Below are positions 9,940 to 18,069 of a stretch of DNA of 64,000 bases, piece after piece. The notes under the pieces were generated by a model. The model ran no database searches and was not told the DNA's origin. It saw nothing but the letters and a program-made list of their open reading frames with translations. The position numbers and the translations under genes were made by a program. The stretch is from contig JAPPMB010000147.1 of NCBI GenBank assembly GCA_028819255.1, positions 80,031 to 144,030 of the forward strand. The letters run 5' to 3'. This stretch comes from Bryobacterales bacterium (GTDB taxonomy: Bacteria > Acidobacteriota > Terriglobia > Bryobacterales > UBA6623). The first letter of the stretch is position 1. The number at the start of each line of letters is the position of its first letter.

Positions 9940-10619
9940 GCCGAGGTTCAGGGACTACGGGATCTTGATTGTAGAGGTGTGCTGGCGGAGTTCCTGCGGG
10001 CCATGACCGCGCGAGCCCGTGCCAGCCCCTCCGCCCCTCCAACACTCCCGCGCCAAAGCCGCGAGAGAGTACATGTCCGCCCGTACGATTGCGATCCGCT
10101 CGAGGTGAGGGTTGCCGCGAACTCCACGTACCAAGAGAGCCTGACGTTCAACATTGAAGGCAATGGGTGCCCGCCATCGCCCGAATCCTGCACGATTCGA
10201 TCAAGAACGTGCTCTCGCCAACTCGAATAATGCATGGCGGCCCAAGCCAAGCGTCAGGCTTTCAAGTGCGCCCTCTCCACGTCCTTCGCCAGTGGCTCCC
10301 CCTCCTTCGGTCGCCTGAACTGACAGGAGAGTTGTCGCCAGAACCCCGTTGACACCGGTGTCTCGATGCCTCGCCGCAGTCGCATGCGTTTCAGACCGGA
10401 GGCAAACCGCCGGACCGACGGAACAGAGTTGGACGAGTCCATAGCTGTGCTCCCTTCCGAGCGATGGAGGAATGCGTCGGCAGCTAGGCTTCGGCCGCTT
10501 CGCAGCCGCAATCGGGCTACCCTGCACTCGCCGGGCCTCGCACGCTGCTACCGCAGCTCCCGCATCTCCGGAGTCTGCGAGGCGCCGCGGGCGGGCGGCT
10601 GGTTGCGTCTGCTACGATC

Positions 10620-10805
10620 AGGAGGCTCCGGGGTGCCCACTAGGGCCTAACAGGGAAGTCCGGTGGAAATCCGGCACGGTCCCGCCACTGTGAGCGGCGA
10701 GTCGCATCGACATGCCAGTGAGGTGATTGCCTTGCGAAGGCCGGTGCGACGAAGGCGAGGAGACTTCGCTTGAGCCGTTAGTCAGGAGACCTGCCCCGGT
10801 GCAGT
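10620..10805 (+). promoter_or_regulatory. cobalamin (B12) riboswitch aptamer
   Basis: It carries the conserved core AACAGGGAAGTCCGGTGGAAATCCGGCACGGTCCCGCCACTGTGA and the 3' element GTCAGGAGACCTGCC. The closing helix is CCGGGG (10628) with CCCCGG (10794). It lies upstream of a TonB-receptor remnant and btuFCD-like genes. Confidence 0.85.
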
Positions 10806-11163
10806 GTGCGCGCACGACTCCGCGAGGTACGGATGAGCGGCTTGAATGTTGGCTATGGCGGCCCGCCGGGAAGAGGCCCCGGTCGGGTCGTCTTCCATCC
10901 CACCGCTGACTCCACAAGTGGATTGCATCCGATTCCCGCATCGGGATCGACCTCAGGTGGAGTGCGCAGCATCCAATAGCCCGCGGAGACGGGCACGGAG
11001 GCAGCGTGAGCAGGAAATCCAGGCCCTGCAGAAGTCGGCGGGGCGTTCGACCGCACGGCTCCCGCTCAGCGGATTCAGCTTGGCGATTCGCCAGCAGGCT
11101 CCCTTGGACGGCCGCAGGTCGAGCGACGGACAGCTCTGCGTCGAAACGCACGGAGGCAACACG

Positions 11164-11881
11164 ATGCGACGCCGGTCTGGGCTCGGCTTGTGCGGTGTTT
11201 GCGGTTCCCGTGTTTCTGATCACGGCCGTCGTCGCGTCGCAGTTGCAGGCGGGCGGCCTGCTCGGGAGGGTCCTCGACCCGCATGGCGCCGCTGTTGTGA
11301 ACGCGCGGCTGCGCCTCTTCGACCGGGACGGCGGTACGGTTCGCAACGCCCGGAGCCGAATGGACGGGACATACGCGTTCCCCAACCTCCTTCCGGGCGA
11401 ATACCTCCTGGAGGGCGCAAAGCCCGCCGCGTCCCTGGCTGGATCGCGCGCCCTCAAAGTGGGCGGGCAGACACGACTCGACCTGGATCTAGCTGTCTCG
11501 GCATCCACCGTAGAGATTGTCGTCACTGCCTCCAGCACACCCGCTGCGCAGGCTGAGATTGCCAAAGCACTCGACGCCGCGCACGACGAGGAGATTGCCC
11601 TGCGCGACGAGTACTCGCTGGCGGAGGCCCTCCGCAGCACGCCAGGCGTGCGCGTACAGCAGTTGCGGGGTCCCGGGAGCCTCGCGACCATCCAGACTCG
11701 CGGACTGCGCACATACGACACGGCCTTGTATCAGGACCTGCTGCTCTTTGACACCGACCGGGTCGAGTTCATGCGCGGCTCCGGCTCCTCGCTCTACGGA
11801 TCCCACGCGCTCGGCGGAGCAATACGCGCAGGGGTACGTATTCTTGGGTCCGTACCCCAGCCACTTGTGGAGATCGCATGA
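11164..11881 (+). pseudogene. TonB-dependent receptor remnant (frameshifted N-terminus, CarboxypepD_reg plus partial plug, no beta-barrel)
   Basis: GGAGG followed by the ATG at 11164 opens MRRRSGLGLCGV in one frame. The signal-peptide remainder and receptor domains (FAVPVFLITAVVASQLQAGGLLGRVLDPHGAAVVNARLRLFD..., TRGLR..., RVEFMRGSGSSLYGSHALGG) lie in the next frame (track ORF 11006..11881). That ORF stops right after the plug and overlaps the next gene. Confidence 0.7.
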
Positions 11882-12858
11882 GCTCCGCATCACGAATCGT
11901 TCTTGCCTTGCAGATGGCCGCATGCGCGCTGCTGCTCGCCGCCGCCTTTCGGTTCGTTGGAGGAGCGCCCGCGGCACTTTCCCGGGAGCCCGAAGCCCCA
12001 TCGACCGTGACCGGCGACGCCTTCCCACGTGTCGTCCGGGACGCGCACGGCGACACACTGAGGCTGGAACAGCCGCCCGCGAGACTCGGCTCACAGGCCT
12101 TGTCCACAGACGAGTTCCTGTTCTCCATCGTCCCCGCCGCCCGCATCGTCATCGCGAGTCCGTATGCCGCTGATCCCCGCTACAGCTTCGTCGCCGACCT
12201 TGCCGGAGCGACGGACCCGGCGAAAGCGACGGATCCGGAGTCGATCGTGCTCCGCAGTCCCGAGGTGTTGTTCGTTTCCCACACGGCGCGCGCCGAGTAC
12301 GTCGAGCAGGTCCGAGCATCCGGGATACCTGTGTTCCGCATGACCACGGTCTTCGAGCAGCTGGAGCAGATCGCATCGGCATTGCGCGTGACCGGATCCA
12401 TCGTTGGCGAAGACGAAGCCGCCGAGCGCGAGATAAGGCGTTTCCTAGAACGGATTCGCGCCGCCAAGGAGCTTGCCGCTCCGGGAGACAAGCCTGCCCG
12501 GATCCTTGCCTTCTCGAATCTTGCCCATACGTTTGGAGCGGGTTCCCTGTTCGATCGAATCGTCACGGATCTCGGAGCCGTCAACGTTGCCGCCGAACAG
12601 GGAGTCGGCCCGTACGGCTCAATCACCAGCGAGCAGGTCGCGGCGTGGAATCCGGACTGGATCGTGGCGGGCGTGGAGCCCGGCCGTGCGACGACAGAGC
12701 GCGACCGCCTCCGTGCTGATCCCGGAATCGCTGTGACGCATGCCGGGCGCGAGGGCCAGATCCTGCTCATCGAGAATCGCGCCTACCTGTCCATGTCCCA
12801 CCATGCCGTGGTCGTCATGGAGATGCTGGCTGCGGCTCTTCACGGAGGGAAGCGGTGA
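11878..12858 (+). CDS. btuF: ABC transporter periplasmic substrate-binding protein (BtuF/FhuD-type)
   Basis: It has a signal peptide (MSSASRIVLALQMAACALLLAAA) and a type-2 periplasmic binding-protein layout. It lies in a 4-nt-overlap chain with the permease and ATPase genes, downstream of a cobalamin riboswitch. Confidence 0.7.
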   Translation: MSSASRIVLALQMAACALLLAAAFRFVGGAPAALSREPEAPSTVTGDAFPRVVRDAHGDTLRLEQPPARLGSQALSTDEFLFSIVPAARIVIASPYAADPRYSFVADLAGATDPAKATDPESIVLRSPEVLFVSHTARAEYVEQVRASGIPVFRMTTVFEQLEQIASALRVTGSIVGEDEAAEREIRRFLERIRAAKELAAPGDKPARILAFSNLAHTFGAGSLFDRIVTDLGAVNVAAEQGVGPYGSITSEQVAAWNPDWIVAGVEPGRATTERDRLRADPGIAVTHAGREGQILLIENRAYLSMSHHAVVVMEMLAAALHGGKR

Positions 12859-13934
12859 GTCGGGCCCTCGATTCCCTGGCGGCGTTTGCCCGATCGCGAG
12901 CGGCGCCCCTGTACTTTCTTTCCGCTGCGGCGGCTCTGGCGGTTGCAGCCGTCGCGGGCGTCGCCCTCGGCAGCACCGAGATCGGATGGGAGTCCGTGCT
13001 CAGGACGGTCTTCTCGAAGTTCCTGCCCGAGGGATGGATCGACCTTGGCGGAGTCACCGAGGCCGAGCGGGTGATCATCTGGCAGATCCGAATGCCCCGC
13101 GTCATCGTGGGCGGACTGGCAGGCTGCGGGCTGGCGGTCGCGGGGACGCAGGTGCAGGCAGTGTTCCGGAATCCGCTGGCCGAGCCGAGTGTGATCGGAT
13201 CCAGCCAGGGGGCGGCGCTCGGGGCCGTCACTGCGTTCGTCACCGAACTGGCGACGCGTTCGGCGCTCTGGCTGCCGCTGTTCGCCTTCAGCGGAGCGCT
13301 GATTGCACTGTTCACCGTCTATGCCGTGGCAAGCAGGGCCGGGCGGACGCCGGTTGCGACGCTGCTGCTGGCGGGCATCGCTCTCGGCTCACTGATCTCC
13401 GCCGCCACCTCGATGCTGATCTCCCTGAACTTCGTGAACTGGCAGGTAGCCTCGGAGATCGTTTTCTGGATGATGGGCGGCCTCGACGGCCGCACTTGGA
13501 CTCACGTGTGGATTTCCGCGCCCCTGGTCGCGATCGGCGCTTCGGTTGCGTTCTGGTACGTCCGGGATCTCGACCTGATGCTTCTAGGGGAGGAGGCCTC
13601 GGCCTCGCTCGGGGTCGAGGTCGAGCAGGTCAAGCGGTCGGTCCTCGCAACGGCCGCGCTGCTGACCGGCACCGCGGTCGCCGTGAGCGGAGTGATCGGC
13701 TTCGTGGGCCTGGTCGTGCCTCATGTCATTCGGATCCTGCTGGGACCGGCGCATAGAGCGCTGCTTCCCGCGAGCATTCTGTCCGGAGCAGCGTTCCTGA
13801 TCGGTTGCGACATCCTTGCCCGCACCGTCTACGCGCCCACCGAGCTGAGGCTCGGCGTCGTGACTGCTCTGTTCGGAGCGCCGCTGTTCCTTTATCTGCT
13901 CCGTCGCAAGCGCATGGAGGTCGCCGTCCTTTGA
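12855..13934 (+). CDS. btuC: FecCD/BtuC-family ABC permease
   Basis: Family pattern is present: IIWQIRMPRVIVGGLAGCGLAVAGTQVQAVFRNPLAEPSVIGSSQGAALGA ... GVIGFVGLVVPHVIR. About ten hydrophobic helices. Confidence 0.85.
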   Translation: MSRALDSLAAFARSRAAPLYFLSAAAALAVAAVAGVALGSTEIGWESVLRTVFSKFLPEGWIDLGGVTEAERVIIWQIRMPRVIVGGLAGCGLAVAGTQVQAVFRNPLAEPSVIGSSQGAALGAVTAFVTELATRSALWLPLFAFSGALIALFTVYAVASRAGRTPVATLLLAGIALGSLISAATSMLISLNFVNWQVASEIVFWMMGGLDGRTWTHVWISAPLVAIGASVAFWYVRDLDLMLLGEEASASLGVEVEQVKRSVLATAALLTGTAVAVSGVIGFVGLVVPHVIRILLGPAHRALLPASILSGAAFLIGCDILARTVYAPTELRLGVVTALFGAPLFLYLLRRKRMEVAVL

Positions 13935-13957
13935 CGATCAGGCTGGATCGCGCCGGC

Positions 13958-14770
13958 ATGCGGATTCGGCGGAACTGGCTGGTGCGGGATGTCTCGATGG
14001 TAGTCCGCCCGAACCGGATCACCGCCCTCGTCGGCCCCAACGGATCCGGAAAATCGACGGTGCTGCGGCTTCTGGCAGGCCTGTGGCAGCCTTCCGAGGG
14101 CCGCGTACTGGTCGATGGTTCGGACATGGCGAGTCTCGGTCGGCGGGACCTTGCCCGTCAAGTCGCATTCGTTCCGCAGAATCCGCGCATAGACGTGCCG
14201 TTCACGGTCAGGCACGTCGTCAGCATGGGCCGCCATCCGCATCTCGGCAGGTTCGAATCCGCCGGGCCGCGCGATCTGGAGGTTGTCGAGTCGGCGCTCG
14301 CCCGAGTCGACGTCCTGCACCTTGCCGAGCGCCGCGTCAACGAGCTGTCCGGGGGCGAATTCCAGCGGGTCGTCGTCGCGCGCAGCCTGGCGACCGAAGC
14401 CGATGTGATCCTGCTTGACGAGCCGACATCCAACCTCGATCTGGACCATTCCCTGGAGACTCTCGAACTGCTGCGCCGGCTGGCTGAGGACGGCAAGGCA
14501 GTCGCCGCAGCCTTGCATGACCTGAATGCTGTGGCTCGCTGGGCGGATCACGCGACGCTGATGCATCGTGGTCGCCTACGTGCGCACGGGCCCGTCGGCC
14601 AGGTGCTTGCCGACGAGCAGCTCGTGCCGGTCTTCGATGTCGACATCGAGCGCCTGCAGACCTCGCACGGGGTGCCCGACCTGGTGTTCCATCGTCGAAT
14701 CCATCGTTCCGGGGAATCGTCGCGGGCCGAGCGAGGCCGTGATGCCGACGAGAACCGCTTGCCCGGGTAG
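13958..14770 (+). CDS. btuD: ABC transporter ATP-binding protein (BtuD/FepC-type)
   Basis: Walker A GPNGSGKST, signature LSGGEFQRV and Walker B ILLDEPTSNLD are present. A TTG at 13931 that overlaps the permease stop is an alternative start. Confidence 0.88.
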   Translation: MRIRRNWLVRDVSMVVRPNRITALVGPNGSGKSTVLRLLAGLWQPSEGRVLVDGSDMASLGRRDLARQVAFVPQNPRIDVPFTVRHVVSMGRHPHLGRFESAGPRDLEVVESALARVDVLHLAERRVNELSGGEFQRVVVARSLATEADVILLDEPTSNLDLDHSLETLELLRRLAEDGKAVAAALHDLNAVARWADHATLMHRGRLRAHGPVGQVLADEQLVPVFDVDIERLQTSHGVPDLVFHRRIHRSGESSRAERGRDADENRLPG

Positions 14771-15105
14771 CTCATCGGACCCTGTTGTCGAGACGGCAGG
14801 CGATCCCGTTCAGCGGCTCGACGATCACCCGATGCTCCGGTGAGAGCCTGCCGATTTCCTCATGACGGGTGTCCGGATCGTGCGGTGTGGCTCTCCGTGC
14901 ATCCCGTGACAGTGCCAAGCCCACGCCGGGAGAGCCACTGGCCGGTGGCTGAGATTGCGCCACCCGCTCTTCGCAGGTCAAACGGTCCTAGACACCCGGA
15001 CTCTGCCAACTTGCCGCGCATGGTCTTGTCGCCCTACCTCCACGCTGCACGCACAGGGCCACAGGTTCCGTCTCGGCCCGTTGGGGCAATCGAGGCGGCG
15101 AGGCC

Positions 15106-15576
15106 CTACCGGCGCGCCGCATCGCCGACCGACGACAGGTTCTTCAGAACTCCCATGACGAACGGAATGCAGACGAGCGGCAGGTAGAGGTCGGATGCCC
15201 GGTCCTGGATGGCAGCGCCGGTTTCCCAACGGCCCAAGGCGGCCTCGGCGATGGCGGCGGCCTCGGCGAAAGCGGCCCTGGTCATTCCGTGTTGTTCCCG
15301 GACCCCACGGACTTCAGCCGGGGTCAGCACTCCGAGGTGGCGGCACACGAATGCGTGACGCAGCCGCTCGCCGACATGGTCAATGTACTCGGTCCCACAG
15401 TCCATGCAGCGTCGGACGGGCAGTTCGACCCGCAGTGTTGCCGCAGAATCGCCTAACCCGTAGATGAATTCGTCGGTATGCCGGAACGTGTGGATCGACC
15501 TGCTGTCGCAGAGCGGACAAGTATGGGCTTCCACCGCAGCGCGAACGGAGAATCGAGTCTTGTCGTCTGGTTCCAT
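15106..15576 (-). CDS. MqsA/YgiT-like zinc-ribbon plus XRE-HTH protein (antitoxin-like), with hydrophobic C-terminal tail
   Basis: GAGGA sits 9 nt before the ATG at 15576. The protein has two Cys pairs (CPLCDS ... CMDCGT) followed by an HTH (LTPAEVRGVREQHGMTRAAFAEAAAIAEAALGRWETG). The extra tail is LYLPLVCIPFVMGVL. Confidence 0.7.
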   Translation of the reverse strand: MEPDDKTRFSVRAAVEAHTCPLCDSRSIHTFRHTDEFIYGLGDSAATLRVELPVRRCMDCGTEYIDHVGERLRHAFVCRHLGVLTPAEVRGVREQHGMTRAAFAEAAAIAEAALGRWETGAAIQDRASDLYLPLVCIPFVMGVLKNLSSVGDAARR

Positions 15577-15911
15577 GTTCCGTAGTCCTCGGAGCAATGA
15601 AAGGTGCGCCCGAATGCCTTCTTCGTCCCACTTACCGGCTTCGCGCACAGTTCGGGCAATCTCGATCCGAGACCGACATTGATGGACTGGCCGTTCTTGC
15701 CCGGCGGCTACTTAGACTCGATTATTGTCACCTCGCAGCCAACCTCCGGTCTCGCGGCCATGAACTCCCGTGCCGTCGCGCTTGTGCGGCAGGGAGCAAG
15801 CACCCCGTCGGGGCTGGGAACCTGGTCGGCCGCCACCGCTGGGGCCGCGCTGCCGAGAAAGCCTCATCCCGAGTTCTCGGGTGGAGCGAGCCCCGATGGA
15901 CGCAGTCGGCT

Positions 15912-17501
15912 TCAGACGCCCCACACGTCTATGCGCACCTCTCCCAATGGCTCCTGCCGATGAAAGAGGCGCTGGGACCATGTCCTGTTCGGTCGGAGTT
16001 CGAAGACCACCAGATGCCCCTCGTCCGCACCGGCGACGTCCATGTACTCCCCGGTCTGCCGCACGCCCTGGGCGATGACGGCTTCCAGGCTGCGTCCGGG
16101 CCGGAGCACCTTGCACTCGATCACGTACCGTGCCTCACCGCCCCCGGGCGGGCGCCAGACGACGAGCAGGTCCGTCCGCGGCCGGCCGACGCCGAATTCG
16201 CGCTCGATGCGGCCGCCGCTGTTGACCAGCCGCTGGAGGAAGGCCTGCAGGATCAGCTGCGGGCCGGCCTCGCGGTAGCCGAACCGCTCCACCCAGTGCT
16301 CGGAATGGTCGCGGAAGAAGCCTTGGAAGTGCTGCATCAGGCGCCTGAGGTCGAGAGACCCATCGAACCTGAGGTAGGAGCCTGGCCGGATGAATCCCGC
16401 CAGCCGGCTCTGCAGCACCGAGGTGAGCTGCCTGGGGACCACCTCGCGGTAGATGGGGTTCGCGATTCGGACGGGGTCGTCCGGGGCGATCAGTCCCAGA
16501 TCGCGGACGTACTCCATGTCCTCGTCGGACCAGTCGGGTTCGAGGCTTCCCTCCAGCAGGGGTTCGATGACGCGCCTGACGCGGTCCTCGGAGAGTCTGG
16601 CGGCGAGCTGGTCGAGGTGGGTGACCCTTCCGACGATGAGCGTCTCCCTGGCCCGGTCGATGGATTCTGCCCCGATCGGCCGGCTGCGGTCCCGTCCCGC
16701 CTTGTCTTCGAAGCAGGCCTCGAGGGCCAAGGCGTTGACCAGCCAAGGCTGGCCGCGAGTGAGCTCCCAGATCCTCTCCACCGCGCCCGCTTCGAACTCC
16801 TGGCCGGTCTCGGCAGTGTGCTGGCCCAGCAGCGAGCGCACCTCGTCCTGCGTGAAGTCTCCCAGCCGCAGGGACTTGGCCCTGATGTTGAAGGCGCTCC
16901 CCCCGGTGACGCTGGCGCCGAGCGAACTCGAATAGATGCGGTAGTCGCGCACATCACGCACGCCGCACAGGATCACGCTCTGCGGGAAGCCGTCAGGCCG
17001 CTCGTCATAGCCGGCGCGGAGCTGCCGCAGCACGGAGATCAGCGAGTCGCCTTCCAGGCTGTCGATTTCGTCGATCAGCAACACCAGCGGCTTCTCTCGA
17101 GCGCTCGCCCAGCGGGCCAGGGTCTCGTTAAGCGCACCGTGGCCCCCGTGCTCCTCCAGCACGTTAAGCCGGACATCCCTGACGAATGTGTCCTGCAGCA
17201 TCTTCTCCGCACGTCTTGCGATCTGGCCCAGAAGCACTCGCATCGCCTCTGGCACGTCCTCACGCGCTGTCTGGCCGACCTCGAAGTTCGCGTACACGCA
17301 GCCGTACTTGCCTGTGGCGTTGAGCGTGTCGGCGAGAGCCTTGAGCGTCGAGGTCTTGCCGGTCTGGCGGGGGGCATGGAGGACAAAGTACTTTCTCCTC
17401 CGGATCAAATGCAGAATTTCGTCCCGATCCACGCGCTCCAACGGAGGGATGCAGTAGTGGATGCTGGGATCGACCGGGCCCTCGGTGTTGAAGTCTTTCA
17501 T
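15912..17501 (-). CDS. AAA-like ATPase fused to a C-terminal PD-(D/E)XK-type nuclease fold
   Basis: Walker A is HAPRQTGKTS and Walker B is LVLLIDEIDSL. The C-terminus GRPRTDLLVVW...ARYVIECKV fits the D...E.K nuclease signature. The ATG at 17501 (MKDFNTEGP) lies inside track ORF 15912..17780. Confidence 0.7.
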   Translation of the reverse strand: MKDFNTEGPVDPSIHYCIPPLERVDRDEILHLIRRRKYFVLHAPRQTGKTSTLKALADTLNATGKYGCVYANFEVGQTAREDVPEAMRVLLGQIARRAEKMLQDTFVRDVRLNVLEEHGGHGALNETLARWASAREKPLVLLIDEIDSLEGDSLISVLRQLRAGYDERPDGFPQSVILCGVRDVRDYRIYSSSLGASVTGGSAFNIRAKSLRLGDFTQDEVRSLLGQHTAETGQEFEAGAVERIWELTRGQPWLVNALALEACFEDKAGRDRSRPIGAESIDRARETLIVGRVTHLDQLAARLSEDRVRRVIEPLLEGSLEPDWSDEDMEYVRDLGLIAPDDPVRIANPIYREVVPRQLTSVLQSRLAGFIRPGSYLRFDGSLDLRRLMQHFQGFFRDHSEHWVERFGYREAGPQLILQAFLQRLVNSGGRIEREFGVGRPRTDLLVVWRPPGGGEARYVIECKVLRPGRSLEAVIAQGVRQTGEYMDVAGADEGHLVVFELRPNRTWSQRLFHRQEPLGEVRIDVWGV

Positions 17502-17905
17502 GCCCACCCGGAGCATTGCGTGCGGTTCATTTAAGCATTGTCCACTCTGCGATTCGTCCCGCCACCCGGGCGGGCGGTTGCCGATCCGGGAAAACCAGGC
17601 ATCCCGATCCCGTCTCTGGCTCGCATGCCGCGCCGGAGGCGCAAGGCCGCTGCCGATTCGCAACTTCGCGAACAGTTCCTTGCGGGATCCATGGGCACAG
17701 CGGCCGGTCAGGCTGCTCCCGCACACGGTCCCGCCGCCACCCGGCCCCGGACTCCGGGCCGGATCCCTGCTTGGAGACATCTCGGAGCCCAGTGCTCAGC
17801 AAGTCCCTGCACCTGGCACGTTGGCACAGCATTCAATGCGACTCGGAGCCGGTTCCCCAAGCCGGGACCGGGAAGCGGCGGCTTGGAGCCGAAGGTGAGG
17901 GCAAG

Positions 17906-17983
17906 TGGTGTCCCCAGCGGGATTCGAACCCGCGTTGCCGCCGTGAAAGGGCGGTGTCCTAGGCCGGGCTAGACGATGGGGAC
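17906..17983 (-). tRNA. tRNA-Glu(UUC): tRNA-Glu (anticodon UUC), CCA encoded
   Basis: The minus strand reads GTCCCCATCGTCTAGCCCGGCCTAGGACACCGCCCTTTCACGGCGGCAACGCGGGTTCGAATCCCGCTGGGGACACCA. All four cloverleaf stems pair, and the anticodon loop is CTTTCAC. Confidence 0.95.
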
Positions 17984-18069
17984 GCGAGTTGCGGGTGCCC
18001 TAAGGGCCAACTAAGCTGATTCTAGCACGCGGACCCCGACCTGCTGGCCGGAAGCCCAAGACGTGATGA

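Noticed and set aside
9940-10619. 660-nt gap with short minus-strand ORFs (10254..10511 and 9948..10250) that might be a decayed gene
   Set aside because: The translations show no recognisable motif and contain composition typical of random GC-rich frames. I could not support any call.
14771-15105. Possible att-type direct repeat of the tRNA-Glu 3' end (GGTGTCC…GGATCG near 14868; CGGTCCTAGAC near 14985)
   Set aside because: Only 7-nt cores match, with gaps. That is within chance expectation for GC-rich DNA. No integrase is present.
15577-15911. Search for an MqsR/HigB-type toxin gene upstream of the MqsA-like gene
   Set aside because: All three minus-strand frames were read by eye. The longest ATG-initiated frame found is 17 codons, and nothing resembles a toxin.
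15597-17534. 645-aa plus-strand ORF antisense to the ATPase/PD-(D/E)XK gene
   Set aside because: It has no recognisable motifs and a biased composition. It is fully shadowed by a minus-strand ORF with Walker A/B and nuclease motifs.
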